From assembly GCA_041158505.1 (NCBI GenBank), contig JBEBBG010000015.1, forward strand, positions 12,642 to 76,641: a DNA stretch of 64,000 nucleotides, in the 5' to 3' direction. Shown here one piece after another: positions 36,571-46,826 of the stretch (the first letter of the stretch is position 1; each line of letters opens with the position of its first letter). The stretch comes from Candidatus Parcubacteria bacterium. Lineage in GTDB: Bacteria > Patescibacteriota > Minisyncoccia > Phycocordibacterales > JAACPR01. The translations under genes and the position numbers were made by a program. Below the pieces are notes generated by a model. It was not told where the DNA came from. It saw only the letters and a program-made list of their open reading frames with translations, and searched no databases.

Positions 36571-37020
36571 ATGATAAAACATGTTGCACAGATTAGTGTT
36601 GGATGTTGCCTTCTCTTTATACTCGCTGTGTCTGGAGTCCCTTTTACAAAGGTTTCGGCTCAGTCAACGGGTAGTACTCCTGTGATTGCACGAGGCTCGA
36701 CGCATATTGGTGATCCATTTGGTGGTCTCATTCAAAAGAAAAAGCCTTGCACGTGCTCATTTAATGAAATGCTTTACGTTAATGATACGGTGACCAAGCA
36801 ACAGCTTCGTATCTTAAACACTCCTGGTATTTCGCGTCCGTATGCGCACTACGTAACCCAAGAGCGAAAGCAGATTCTGGGTACATACACGCCCGGGGCA
36901 GGTATTTGTTTGCAAATTTCTGCGTCTGGCTGTGAGCCTGATCGTGAGGGTTGGCACGGTGAAATCAATTCAGGACCAGGTTTTGGTGTCAGTATGATGC
37001 CAGGAGGCTCTCCTTTCTAG
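36571..37020 (+). CDS. Secreted Cys-containing hypothetical protein
   Basis: Signal ending VSA-Q; PFGG.I....CTCS; LG.Y....C......C. Confidence 0.7.
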   Translation: MIKHVAQISVGCCLLFILAVSGVPFTKVSAQSTGSTPVIARGSTHIGDPFGGLIQKKKPCTCSFNEMLYVNDTVTKQQLRILNTPGISRPYAHYVTQERKQILGTYTPGAGICLQISASGCEPDREGWHGEINSGPGFGVSMMPGGSPF

Positions 37021-37031
37021 TTTTGTAGAAC

Positions 37032-37817
37032 CTACGCGCTCGCTAGGCAAAACCAGTCTGCCACACTGAGCGTTTCTGCTCGCCGTTCTGGTGCAATACC
37101 GCAGTTTGTAAGTTTTTCTGCTGCAATTACCCCTTTAAGGTTGCTGCCAAGGTGTTTTCGTTTGTGCGCAAAGCCGGCTTTTACAACGCTAAAGAAAACT
37201 GTTTCTGATATGTGCGCTGTATCAAAGGCGTGTGTTGTCACATGTGCGATATGCAAGATTGCAGAATCAACCTTTGGTGCAGGGGTAAATGAACCGCGCT
37301 TCACCGTTTCTATGTATGAAGGGGTTCCATACGCCTTGACCGCAACTGAGAGAATGCTCTCTTTCCCATCTCTTGCAACGATTCGTTCAGCAACTTCTTT
37401 TTGTACCAAAACGGTTGCGTGGGCTGGCCTTGGTGTCGTTCCTAAGTATCGCTCAAGCAGTGCTCCGGTGATGTAGTAAGGAATATTTGCTACGAGCGTA
37501 TAGGTTGTAGCCTTCGCGCGTTTCAAGAGCGCTCCAACATCAATGGTGAGTGCGTCGCCTTCAATCAGGAGGAGTTTGCCCGATGCGATTTCGTTAGCAA
37601 AGAGTGCCTCCAGTGGTTCAATGAGTTCCCGGTCTTTTTCAACAGCAATAACCGTTGCACCAGTGGCAAGGAGTTTTTTTGTTAGGGCACCTCGCCCAGG
37701 ACCAATCTCAAGAACAACATCGCCAGCGACAACGTGGGCGGCAGTGCACATACGGAGGAGTGCCCCCTCTGAGTTGAGAAAGTTTTGTCCAAGTGATTTT
37801 TTTGCTTTACCAAACAT
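37032..37817 (-). CDS. rsmA: 16S rRNA dimethyltransferase RsmA/KsgA
   Basis: KKSLGQNFL, LEIGPGRGALT, EKD, ANIPYYIT, QKEVAERI, F.PAPKVDSA. Confidence 0.96.
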   Translation of the reverse strand: MFGKAKKSLGQNFLNSEGALLRMCTAAHVVAGDVVLEIGPGRGALTKKLLATGATVIAVEKDRELIEPLEALFANEIASGKLLLIEGDALTIDVGALLKRAKATTYTLVANIPYYITGALLERYLGTTPRPAHATVLVQKEVAERIVARDGKESILSVAVKAYGTPSYIETVKRGSFTPAPKVDSAILHIAHVTTHAFDTAHISETVFFSVVKAGFAHKRKHLGSNLKGVIAAEKLTNCGIAPERRAETLSVADWFCLASA

Positions 37818-37845
37818 AGTGGGTAAGAAGTTTTTGGTGAGGTGT

Positions 37846-39792
37846 CTACCAGTCTATGAAAATGCTTCGTGCTTGGGCTGCCGCATCGGTTGGCTTGTCT
37901 TCTATATTTTCAAGCAAGTGATCATCGATATCGTGAATAAACTCGGAAGACGTGTTGACCTGCTGTGCTCCAAAAATAGTACGAATACCTGCATACGACA
38001 AGTAGACCTTTTTTCGAGCACGTGTCAGAGCAACGTAAAAGAGTCGACGTTCTTCCTCCCCATCTTCGCGTTTTTCATTTGGTCGGTCATGTGGAAAGAG
38101 TCCTTGCTCGAGACCAGTGATAAACACGTAATCAAACTCAAGGCCTTTTGATGCGTGCACCGTCATAAGTTTTGTGCCACCGTTGTCTGTTTCGAGTTCG
38201 TCTTGATCTGTTGCAAGCGCTGCGTCTTCAAGGAGCTTCTCGATTCCCGTTGGTGCTTCGAGGGCATCGTACTTTTGCGCAAGCGTTGCAAGTTCGCGAA
38301 CGTTTTCGAGGCGCTCAAGTCCCTCTTCCCCTCCTTGCTTAAAGCTGTGTGATAAACCAGAAACTGTAAGGACTGTTTTAATAACTTCACTCGTTGGTTG
38401 CGTCTCAGCTGCGCGCCGGATGTCGTTTAGTATTCTTCTGAAAGAAGTCACGTTATCTGCAGCTTTACCGGTGAGCTCATGCTCGTTCCCTTCGAGCACT
38501 TTGAGCATGGTTACTTTTCCAATACCACGCGTCGGTGTATTAATGATACGACTAACGCTCGAAGTATCTTTTGGGTTGAGTGCTGCTTGTATATATGCGA
38601 GGACATCTTTAACTTCACGTCGGTCAAAGAACCGTGTGCCGAGCACCTGGTACGTAAGCTTGCGGTGGAGGAATGACTCTTCGAGTACACGTGACTGAAA
38701 GTTTGCGCGGTAGAGTACGGCGATTTCATTTGGCGCTATGCCACTTCGAACGAGCTCGTCTACGGTTTCGGTTACAAAACGCGCTTCATCCCCTTCGTCA
38801 AACGCGGTGTAGAGTCCAATTTTTTCACCAGCATCATTATCGGTAAAAAGATTTTTCTCTCGGCGCATCATGTTTTTTTTGATGACTGTGTTTGCCGCTT
38901 CCAGGATGTTGCCGCTTGAACGGTAATTTTGTTCAAGAGTAATCATTGCCGCATTTGGAAAATCTTTTTCGAATCCTAGAATGTTGCGAATGGTTGCGCC
39001 GCGCCAGGTATAAATATTTTGATCGATATCTCCAACGACACAGATGTTGTGGCGATCACCTACGATGCATTTTGCAATTCGGTACTGCACTTCATTTGTG
39101 TCTTGGTACTCGTCGATGTGCACAAACTTCCATCGGTCTTGGTAGTATGCTCGTGTGTTAGCGTCTCGTTCAAGCAAGAGGGCGGTTTCAAGCAGAAGAT
39201 CATCAAAATCAAGCACACCCTCTTCGCGCATCGCCTTGTCGTACTTTGCCCAGACACGCGCGGCCACTTCGGGAACGTGTTGGTACCCCACTTTTGCTTC
39301 GTACTCTGGTTGCGTTACCATGCTTCCCTTTTCTCGTGAGATGATACCCAAAATAGTGCGCGGCTCAATTTGTTTTGGGTCCTCGCCAATTTCCTGCATG
39401 ATTCGCTTTACGAGTGATACAGAATCTGATCGGTCATAAATTTTAAAGTGTCGAGGTAATCCAACTTGTGCGGCATTGTCGCGAAGAATTCTGACACCAA
39501 GCGCGTGAAAGGTTGATACAAAAGGTTTCCCAAGATCATTAATGGGCCGATTGAGCTCGGGATCGTTGGCGAGGAGGTGTAGCACACGCTCACGCATCTC
39601 CTTTGCCGCTTTATTGGTAAAGGTGATGGCAAGAATTTCCTCTGGAGGAGTTCCTGTCTTGACTAAGTTTAATATGCGATGTGTAAGTGTTTTTGTTTTA
39701 CCTGCTCCGGCGCCAGCAAGAATGAGGAGTGGACCATGAGTGTGTACTGCAGCTTCTCGTTGGGCCTTATTTAAGCTGCTCAGATGTTCCAT
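37846..39792 (-). CDS. pcrA: UvrD/PcrA-family DNA helicase
   Basis: LN.AQ..AV, AGAGAGKT, TFTNKAA.EM, DEYQDTN, VGD.DQ.IY.WRGA, LEQNYRS, TVHASKGLEF, EERRLFYVALTRA. Confidence 0.94.
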   Translation of the reverse strand: MEHLSSLNKAQREAAVHTHGPLLILAGAGAGKTKTLTHRILNLVKTGTPPEEILAITFTNKAAKEMRERVLHLLANDPELNRPINDLGKPFVSTFHALGVRILRDNAAQVGLPRHFKIYDRSDSVSLVKRIMQEIGEDPKQIEPRTILGIISREKGSMVTQPEYEAKVGYQHVPEVAARVWAKYDKAMREEGVLDFDDLLLETALLLERDANTRAYYQDRWKFVHIDEYQDTNEVQYRIAKCIVGDRHNICVVGDIDQNIYTWRGATIRNILGFEKDFPNAAMITLEQNYRSSGNILEAANTVIKKNMMRREKNLFTDNDAGEKIGLYTAFDEGDEARFVTETVDELVRSGIAPNEIAVLYRANFQSRVLEESFLHRKLTYQVLGTRFFDRREVKDVLAYIQAALNPKDTSSVSRIINTPTRGIGKVTMLKVLEGNEHELTGKAADNVTSFRRILNDIRRAAETQPTSEVIKTVLTVSGLSHSFKQGGEEGLERLENVRELATLAQKYDALEAPTGIEKLLEDAALATDQDELETDNGGTKLMTVHASKGLEFDYVFITGLEQGLFPHDRPNEKREDGEEERRLFYVALTRARKKVYLSYAGIRTIFGAQQVNTSSEFIHDIDDHLLENIEDKPTDAAAQARSIFIDW

Positions 39793-39862
39793 GTGCGCCC
39801 CATAGTACCATACCTCCTTTCGATGAAGGAAATTATGTGTAAAAACAGAATGTGTGAGTCAA

Positions 39863-39890
39863 TTGACAGGTTTTATTGCTCTTGTACCAT
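39863..39890 (+). promoter_or_regulatory. Sigma70-type promoter of the LysM/M23 gene
   Basis: TTGACA-16 nt-TACCAT, about 110 nt upstream of the ATG. Confidence 0.55.
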
Positions 39891-40001
39891 TCTATGTATC
39901 CCCTTTTAAAGCGGGCGCCGGCAAACGATTGAGTTACGGAATGCGGCGAAAACTGGCTTATTACCTCAGAAAATCAAGATCTCGAACCCTCATCCACGTG
40001 G

Positions 40002-41066
40002 ATGAACGTTCAGAAAACAGTACGAGCAGTGTGTGTGCGATGTTTCCGGTCGCTACGGGCACTACCCCTGCTCCTCGCAATTCCGGTGTTTGCTAACGCG
40101 GGCATTTTCTCTATCGGAGCTTTGTGGAGCATGTCAGACGCAACGGTCTCTTCGGAAGACGTTGTTGTCCAGAATTCCCAGACTATGCCAGTGCTCAAGG
40201 CGGCAACCAATAACGACCCAAATCCTGCTAAGGGTGGTGGAGATATTGTTGTTATTGACGATGTTGCGCTCAAGGCGGCTTCAACCGTTACCGGTGATGC
40301 GGTGAGTGTATACCGACCAAAGTCAGACCAGATTAGCGTGTACGAGGTTCGTGATGGCGACACCCTCTCACAGATTGCTGAGATGTTCCACGTAACACCA
40401 AATACCATTCGGTGGGCGAACAATTTTGAAGGGGCCATCCACCCAGGTCAAACACTTGTTATTCTTCCCGTCACTGGCGTAAAGCACACGATCAAGACTG
40501 GTGGTACCGTGCAGGACCTTGCCGATATGTATAAAGCAGATGCTCGTGAAATTGCTCTCTTTAACGGTATTTCTGTAGATGCAAAACTCACCGCAGGTAT
40601 GGAAGTTATTGTCCCAAACGGCGAAATGCACGTTGAGGAGCCAAAAAAGAAGAAAACAGGCAGCAAATCTTCAAGTGGTGTGGCAAGCAGTGGCGCTGGT
40701 GCGGGAAGTGTTTCAACGTCGGGATACTTCGTGCACCCTGCTCCAGGTGGTGTAAAGACACAGGGTATTCACGGATACAACGCGGTTGATATTGGTGCGC
40801 CGATTGGTACAACCATTCGAGCTGCTGCTGGGGGGCAAGTAATTATTGCTCGTGGTGGAGGTGGTTGGAATGGTGGGTACGGAAACTATGTCGTTATCAA
40901 GCATGATAACGGTACGCAAACACTCTATGCGCACATGAACAGTATCGATGTTGATCAGGGGGCGTGGCTTTCACAGGGTGAAACAATTGGTTCAGTTGGT
41001 AACACCGGACGATCAACCGGCCCTCATCTTCACTTTGAGGTTCGTGGAGGAAAGAACCCATTCTAG
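40002..41066 (+). CDS. LysM + M23 peptidase (peptidoglycan DD-endopeptidase)
   Basis: Y.V..GDTLS.IA LysM domains; HGYNAVD, GGYGNYV.I.H, TLYAHM, GNTGRSTGPHLHFEV. Confidence 0.93.
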   Translation: MNVQKTVRAVCVRCFRSLRALPLLLAIPVFANAGIFSIGALWSMSDATVSSEDVVVQNSQTMPVLKAATNNDPNPAKGGGDIVVIDDVALKAASTVTGDAVSVYRPKSDQISVYEVRDGDTLSQIAEMFHVTPNTIRWANNFEGAIHPGQTLVILPVTGVKHTIKTGGTVQDLADMYKADAREIALFNGISVDAKLTAGMEVIVPNGEMHVEEPKKKKTGSKSSSGVASSGAGAGSVSTSGYFVHPAPGGVKTQGIHGYNAVDIGAPIGTTIRAAAGGQVIIARGGGGWNGGYGNYVVIKHDNGTQTLYAHMNSIDVDQGAWLSQGETIGSVGNTGRSTGPHLHFEVRGGKNPF

Positions 41067-41084
41067 TTTTGTGTACTTCTCTAT

Positions 41085-42620
41085 CTAGACGCTTTTACGG
41101 TACTGGAGTGCTTCCAAGATATCGGGCAAGGTAATTGCCGAACGATGCTCTAAATCTGCGATTGTTCGCGCGATACGTAGAATCTTGTGTGTGCTGCGTG
41201 CAGATACGTTGAGTCTCTGTAGTGCCTGAATAAACATGGTGTGTATCTCGGGTTCGAGTGTGGTGTGAGTTGATAATGCTTTACCGTGCAACCGTGCATT
41301 CGGAACGCCTTGTCGTTGTAATGCATGCTGCCGTGCCGCTGCAATAATCTCATGTGCACCACCTGTCTCTATTTGTCTTTCATGTGTTGCTGGTTCCAGG
41401 AGTGTTTGGTGTGGAACGTCTTCCATCGATACCCACACATCAATGCGATCGATAATTGGGCCAGATAGTTTTGTTTTGTAGCGCAGTATGTGTGCAGCGG
41501 TGCAGGTGCATGGTTTTTGTGGATGGCCAAGGTAGCCACAAGGGCACGGGTTAAGTGTCGCAATGAGCATTGATGACGCTGGGTATGTTACCGATCCGTT
41601 TGCTCGTGCGAGTGTTATGCAGCCATCTTCAAGTGGTTGGCGGAGCGCTTCTATGGTTTCTCGATCAAACTCTGGAAATTCATCAAGCAGGAGCACACCA
41701 TGATGTGCAAGTGTTAATTCTCCAGGCCGAAGCCATGCCCCGCCCCCAATGATTGCAGCAGCAGAGCTGCTATGGTGTGGTGCTCGAAACGGCCGTTGCG
41801 TCGTTGGTTCTCCCTGCAGAATTCCTGCTGCTGAGTGAATGGTGTGTACAACAAATGCTTCAGCTTCGGTTAGTGGTGGTAGTAGTTCTCGAATTGCGCG
41901 GGCCAGTAGCGTTTTTCCTGTTCCAGGAGGTCCACAGAGTGCAATGTTGTGTTCACCAGCGGCTGCAATCATGGCCGCTCTTTTTGCGGCATGCTGTCCA
42001 CGTATTGCAGAAAGTTCCCGGTCGCTACTTGGGAGTGAGGCTAGCATTGTCTTTTTGAATTGAACAACTTGTTTATCTGAGCTTTCTTCTGCTAGCGGTT
42101 TACATCCTTTGAGGTGTCGTATGAGTGCGCTGAGTGTGGGTACGCCGTATACAATAACTCCATCAACAACCGCTGCTTCCTGAGCATTTTCAAGAGGTAC
42201 GTACAGGTGTGTTATACCTGATTCTTTTGCACGCTGCGCAATGGGCAGTGTCCCACGAACCCCTCGCACCATACCGTTAAGTGAGAGTTCGCCCACAAAG
42301 AGTGAACGCGGGTACTGTATTTGTACGGTTTCTGAGGCAAGTAAATACCCAACCGCAATCGCAAGATCAAACAATGGTCCGTGCTTTCTCGTGTGAGCTG
42401 GCGCAAGTGACACAGTGACACGCTCATTCTTTTGCTTTGGTGGTTGTACCCCTGCGTGTTTAAGTGCCGCGGATACTCGTTCACGTGATTCATCGACCGC
42501 TTTATCTCCCAACCCAATAATTGTAAAAGAGTATAAACCGTTTGCTATATCAACTTCTACATCAACCAGTGACGCCTGAATTCCTACCACGTGTGCACTC
42601 TGAACCTTTGCGAAACTCAC
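41085..42620 (-). CDS. comM: ComM/YifB Mg-chelatase-like AAA+ ATPase
   Basis: IGLGD.AV.ESRERV, DL.IA, GELSL.G, GPPGTGKT, PFRAPHH, LAHHGVL.LDEFPEF, LRQPLE, NPCPCG, SGP.IDRID; GTG start 42620. Confidence 0.93.
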   Translation of the reverse strand: MSFAKVQSAHVVGIQASLVDVEVDIANGLYSFTIIGLGDKAVDESRERVSAALKHAGVQPPKQKNERVTVSLAPAHTRKHGPLFDLAIAVGYLLASETVQIQYPRSLFVGELSLNGMVRGVRGTLPIAQRAKESGITHLYVPLENAQEAAVVDGVIVYGVPTLSALIRHLKGCKPLAEESSDKQVVQFKKTMLASLPSSDRELSAIRGQHAAKRAAMIAAAGEHNIALCGPPGTGKTLLARAIRELLPPLTEAEAFVVHTIHSAAGILQGEPTTQRPFRAPHHSSSAAAIIGGGAWLRPGELTLAHHGVLLLDEFPEFDRETIEALRQPLEDGCITLARANGSVTYPASSMLIATLNPCPCGYLGHPQKPCTCTAAHILRYKTKLSGPIIDRIDVWVSMEDVPHQTLLEPATHERQIETGGAHEIIAAARQHALQRQGVPNARLHGKALSTHTTLEPEIHTMFIQALQRLNVSARSTHKILRIARTIADLEHRSAITLPDILEALQYRKSV

Positions 42621-42719
42621 CCTGTTGTTATACACGCAGGACTCTAAAGAAACGCTCAAAAATAGCTGAAATTACACCCTGTACTATACCCGCGACTCAG
42701 GTATGATGGGTAAACCTAT

Positions 42720-43970
42720 ATGGAACAGCTTAAAGGGCGACTGTATACTCTCCTGCGCTGGAGCGAGCGATATACAAAGACAGATATGGTCTACCTCACC
42801 ACAACTGGGTGGTGGGTTAATCTGGGTAATGTGGTCATCTCGGCATTCGCACTTTTACTCTATGTTGTGTTTGCTCGCGTACTCCCTCCCGAGGTGTACG
42901 GTACGTACCAGTACATTCTCTCTGGCGGTGCACTTCTAGGTGCGCTCACGCTTACAGGAATGAACAGCGCAATTGCGCGCGCGGTTGCACGTGGCCACGA
43001 CCAAACAATCTACACGGCCGCGCGCGCCCAACTCCGATTCGGCTTCGTGCCAGTGCTTGTTGGTCTTGCCGTAGCGGGCTACTACTTTGTGCGCGGCAAT
43101 GCGACACTTGGCACAAGCTTTGCCGTCATTGCAATACTGACCCCTTTGATCAGCATCTTTGGCTCATACGCCGCGTTTCTGCAGGGAAAGAAAGACTTCA
43201 AGCGCAGTTTCACCTACGGCATGTTTTGGAACATTTCTTACTACATTGGCCTTTTGCTTGCTGCGTGGTTTTCTCCAAAAGTCGTGCCGCTTGTCCTCGT
43301 TTGTTTTGGTGTGCAGGCAGCCGCACAGGGCTTCGTTTATTTTCGGGCCCTCAAACACTACAAACCGCAAGAGCCGGCAGATCCAGAATCAATCAAGTAC
43401 GGCAATCACTTAAGTGTCATGAATTTTGGCACCGCGGTTGCTACACAAATCGACACGGTTGTCAGTTTTCACCTTCTTGGTCCAGCAGCCGTTGCGGTCT
43501 ACAGCTTTGCGACAGCAATCCCCGAGCGCCTCGCAAGCTTCTTTAAATTCTTGCCGGCAGCAGCACTCCCAAAGTTCTCAAATAAAACCCCAGAAGAGAT
43601 GCGACACGCGTTTGGTTTTCGCATTGTACTTGCCATTCTCGGAATGGCGGCAGTTGCGGCTCTCTATGCACTTTTTGCACCACTGGCATTTCACATCCTC
43701 TTTCCCGCGTATGCGCACGCCGTTCCCTACTCCCAGGTGTATGCACTTGTTTTGATTGCTTCAATTTCTGGCCTCTTTACCAGCGCGCTCATTGCACAGC
43801 GAAACGTAAAAGAATTGTACGTATACACGGCAGCAACTCCGATTGCACAGGTGCTGCTACAGGTTGCCGGTGCCTTTTTCTATGGCCTGTGGGGTCTCAT
43901 CATCGCTCGCATTGTCAGCCAGTTGGTAAGCGCCGTTGTTGCGTTTCTACTACTCACAAACAAGCGTTAA
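42720..43970 (+). CDS. Wzx-like polysaccharide flippase
   Basis: About 12 TMs; AR.L.PE.YG.Y, D.......LG...VAVY..A, LPKFS. Confidence 0.85.
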   Translation: MEQLKGRLYTLLRWSERYTKTDMVYLTTTGWWVNLGNVVISAFALLLYVVFARVLPPEVYGTYQYILSGGALLGALTLTGMNSAIARAVARGHDQTIYTAARAQLRFGFVPVLVGLAVAGYYFVRGNATLGTSFAVIAILTPLISIFGSYAAFLQGKKDFKRSFTYGMFWNISYYIGLLLAAWFSPKVVPLVLVCFGVQAAAQGFVYFRALKHYKPQEPADPESIKYGNHLSVMNFGTAVATQIDTVVSFHLLGPAAVAVYSFATAIPERLASFFKFLPAAALPKFSNKTPEEMRHAFGFRIVLAILGMAAVAALYALFAPLAFHILFPAYAHAVPYSQVYALVLIASISGLFTSALIAQRNVKELYVYTAATPIAQVLLQVAGAFFYGLWGLIIARIVSQLVSAVVAFLLLTNKR

Positions 43971-44590
43971 GCTCGCAGTGTACCCTCCGCGATATCCCAA
44001 ATATGTGGTGTCCCAACTTTGGCACGAACTGATTCTTTGTGCATAAGAACAAGGTGCTTCTTAATCCGGTTCCACAAAAAGATACTGCGCCATGATCGGA
44101 TAATTGAAATAATGATGTGTGCATCAGGTGCTGCGTGTGCCACATACTTTGGAATAACTGTTGCAGGGTTAAGGTAGAAAAATACTTCATTGAAGACGAG
44201 GATATCAAATGTACCGAGTGTGTCTGGTGGCGTTGCGGCATCACCCACGATAAACGTGCCACTTGGTAAAAAAATTTGAGCCTGGGCAACAGCGATGTCA
44301 GAGATATCAATACCAACATACTTGATGCGGTGTGCATGTGGAGCCAGTAGTTTGGTGAGGCCTCCATTGCCACAACCAACATCGAGAACGCGCAAAACAC
44401 CTTCCGCTGGTAAGCTCTCAACGATAAGCGCTGCCTGGTGCTCGGTATTTGGTTGGTGGTGTGCGAGGCGATCCCAACTCCCTTTTTCAAATTGCCGATT
44501 CCACTGGTCCTTGTCTTGCAAGACGAGGAGGGGGTCTTGTCCGGTAATGATTTTTGCGACAAATCGCTTGATTGTTTTAAGTGACGCCAT
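43967..44590 (-). CDS. Class I SAM-dependent methyltransferase
   Basis: VLDVGCGNG, GIDIS, FDILVFNEVFFY. Confidence 0.88.
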   Translation of the reverse strand: MASLKTIKRFVAKIITGQDPLLVLQDKDQWNRQFEKGSWDRLAHHQPNTEHQAALIVESLPAEGVLRVLDVGCGNGGLTKLLAPHAHRIKYVGIDISDIAVAQAQIFLPSGTFIVGDAATPPDTLGTFDILVFNEVFFYLNPATVIPKYVAHAAPDAHIIISIIRSWRSIFLWNRIKKHLVLMHKESVRAKVGTPHIWDIAEGTLRA

Positions 44591-44593
44591 ACG

Positions 44594-46198
44594 CTATAGC
44601 ATCGCGCGCAATCGATCAATTGTCCATCGGTGCAACGAAACCGCTCGCGTTAAACGCCACTTAAAGAGGCGTGGTGATGTAGTGCTATCAACTTGCACTC
44701 GCTTAAGACTAAACAGGTTGTCGCCAGGTTCAATTGTTCCCTCGGTAATCGCCCATGCTGCCGTGTACCCCGCTTGCTTTGTGGCAGATTCAACGCGCCT
44801 ATCACGTGCACCGTACGGATACGCGAGCATGGAAATATCGCGACCAAGTAATGCTTGCAGTTCGCGCTTTGCATCACTAAGCTCTGCAGCAAGCTCCTCG
44901 TCTTCACAAAGAGTGAGCGCGTGGTGTGTTTTCCCATGTGCCTCAAAGGTAAACGTTCCGGTTTGCTCTAGTGATTGCACCGCAGCCGCCGAGAGACGGG
45001 GTGTCTTTGCGGGATTTGTGTACGCGTCCATGTTGCTTGGAATAAATACTGTTGCTGTCATGTTGTGCTCCCGAAGCATTGGTAGGACTGTTTCTTCTAG
45101 ATCTGTGTACCCATCATCAAAGGTAATGGCAGTGACGTGTCCAGAAAGCGTTCGTTCTCCGCGGGCATACGCAACGATTTCTTCTAGCGGAACAACCTGC
45201 GTCTTTGCTTTAAGGTACTGCAGCTGCTGCTCAAACGCCTTTGGTGATACTGAAAGTTTTCCCCCGTCATCGTTAATTGCGTGGTACATAAGTACGGTGA
45301 CTTCTGGTCGTTTATCCCAAAGACGTGCTAGTGATCGTACTGCGTAGGCAGCTGCGTAAAGACCCGTTTTAAGGTTTTGTCGTACTACTCGCGCGTACTG
45401 ACGCGTCGCTTCTTTCATAAACATGAGCTGCGAGTAAAGCTTGTATGCTTCGTAGCGAATCGGTGTGAGCTTGTGCGGTGGGTTTGTGATACGAAGCCAG
45501 GCAAATTTAATAAGCTGCTTTGCAATGTTTCTTGCAGGCTCAATCGTCATGCGCTTGATGTACTCAAGCGCTGTGCGTGGCGGGCGTTCAGCGACCATGA
45601 TGCGAATACGGTGGTCTACTTTTTGTTTGTAAATCTTGAAATCCAGCTGAATGTCGAGCGGTACATGCCAGGCACCCGTTAGGGTTCCTTGTGGTAGTGC
45701 TGCCTCAAATGTAATGCGCTCGTGCACTTTTCTAGTGTAGCGGGCACCCGACTTCCGGTTAAAGAAACGGTGCTGGTAGTAGGTCTTAAATGATGCGTAC
45801 AACGTCTGTAGGTCTTCAGAGATGATTCGGTACGGTACGCGGTAAATGTAAACACCGTCTCCGTCGGTTTCAGTGACACGACGAATATCTGCAATGAGTT
45901 CTGGTGTAATAAGTTCGTCTGAATCAAGCGAAAGAAACCAGTCACATGCGGAGGCTTCAACCATACGATTTCGTTCAAGTGCAAAATCGTTGATTGGGTG
46001 TCCAGGATTACTCTGCGAGATAATGGTGCACCCGTATCTCTTGGCGATATCTAAGGTCGTGTCTGTGCTTCCGCCGTCGGCAATGAGTACTTCTTTGAAA
46101 TCTGTGAGACCCCGTAAGCAGCGCTCAAGGAAAGTCTCAGAGTTGTATGTCAGGATACCTACCGTACAAGGAATGGTGCCATTTCGCTGGGATGTCAT
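44594..46198 (-). CDS. GT2 glycosyltransferase fused to a NodB-like polysaccharide deacetylase
   Basis: N-terminal ILTYNSE, DGGSTD.T, LDSDE; C-terminal VLMYH, ITFDDGY, HGKTH..L, AYPYG. Confidence 0.88.
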   Translation of the reverse strand: MTSQRNGTIPCTVGILTYNSETFLERCLRGLTDFKEVLIADGGSTDTTLDIAKRYGCTIISQSNPGHPINDFALERNRMVEASACDWFLSLDSDELITPELIADIRRVTETDGDGVYIYRVPYRIISEDLQTLYASFKTYYQHRFFNRKSGARYTRKVHERITFEAALPQGTLTGAWHVPLDIQLDFKIYKQKVDHRIRIMVAERPPRTALEYIKRMTIEPARNIAKQLIKFAWLRITNPPHKLTPIRYEAYKLYSQLMFMKEATRQYARVVRQNLKTGLYAAAYAVRSLARLWDKRPEVTVLMYHAINDDGGKLSVSPKAFEQQLQYLKAKTQVVPLEEIVAYARGERTLSGHVTAITFDDGYTDLEETVLPMLREHNMTATVFIPSNMDAYTNPAKTPRLSAAAVQSLEQTGTFTFEAHGKTHHALTLCEDEELAAELSDAKRELQALLGRDISMLAYPYGARDRRVESATKQAGYTAAWAITEGTIEPGDNLFSLKRVQVDSTTSPRLFKWRLTRAVSLHRWTIDRLRAML

Positions 46199-46821
46199 GA
46201 GAGGTGTGGTGTCAGTGCAGCAACAACTGCTGCATATACCTTATCCTTCGATGCTTCGCTGTCAATAACGATACTCGTTCCTGTAGAAAGATTCGGGCTA
46301 CTCAAGAATAGATTGAAATTATGTTCCATAATGGCTAACCGATCGCGAAACGCCGCCTCTCCATCTCGGGCCCGTACAATGTATGAGCGCCCAAGTAAGC
46401 GTTTTGTTCGTGTTTCCTCTCCAAGTTTGAAAAGAAAGAGCATATCTGGCTGCGCGGCCCCTCGCAGTGCGCGCTTCATATGCTCTGCTGTTTCTTTTGT
46501 TTCAAAAAACGACATCGCACTCTGGTAGTGGCCCTGATCAATGATTGCTCGTTTTACACCAGCTGCTTTTTGATACTTCGCATTTGGGTGCAAGACGAGG
46601 TTTGTGAACTTGTACCAGTATGATCGAGGGGCCGCCGTACGGAGTAGCGTTACGAGTAGCTGAAGGGTTTTGTATGGGTGCCGTAGCGTATACAGCACGT
46701 TTCTAAAAATAAGTTCAGACGCACTAGTTATTCGTATTGTTATGAACCCATACTCTTGCTCCAAGCGCTTGGCAACACTGGTCTTCCCCGCACCTGGCAT
46801 GCCGCAGAGCTCAATAATCAT
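46195..46821 (-). CDS. P-loop kinase (NMP-kinase-like fold)
   Basis: IIELCGMPGAGKTS, AIIDQG, R...R lid; ATGA overlap with the GT2 gene. Confidence 0.75.
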   Translation of the reverse strand: MIIELCGMPGAGKTSVAKRLEQEYGFITIRITSASELIFRNVLYTLRHPYKTLQLLVTLLRTAAPRSYWYKFTNLVLHPNAKYQKAAGVKRAIIDQGHYQSAMSFFETKETAEHMKRALRGAAQPDMLFLFKLGEETRTKRLLGRSYIVRARDGEAAFRDRLAIMEHNFNLFLSSPNLSTGTSIVIDSEASKDKVYAAVVAALTPHLS

Positions 46822-46826
46822 ACAAA

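Noticed and set aside
39891-40001. Long leader of the LysM/M23 gene as a c-di-AMP or c-di-GMP riboswitch
   Set aside because: Only fragmentary matches (GGCAAAC, CGAACCC). The required paired elements could not be built.
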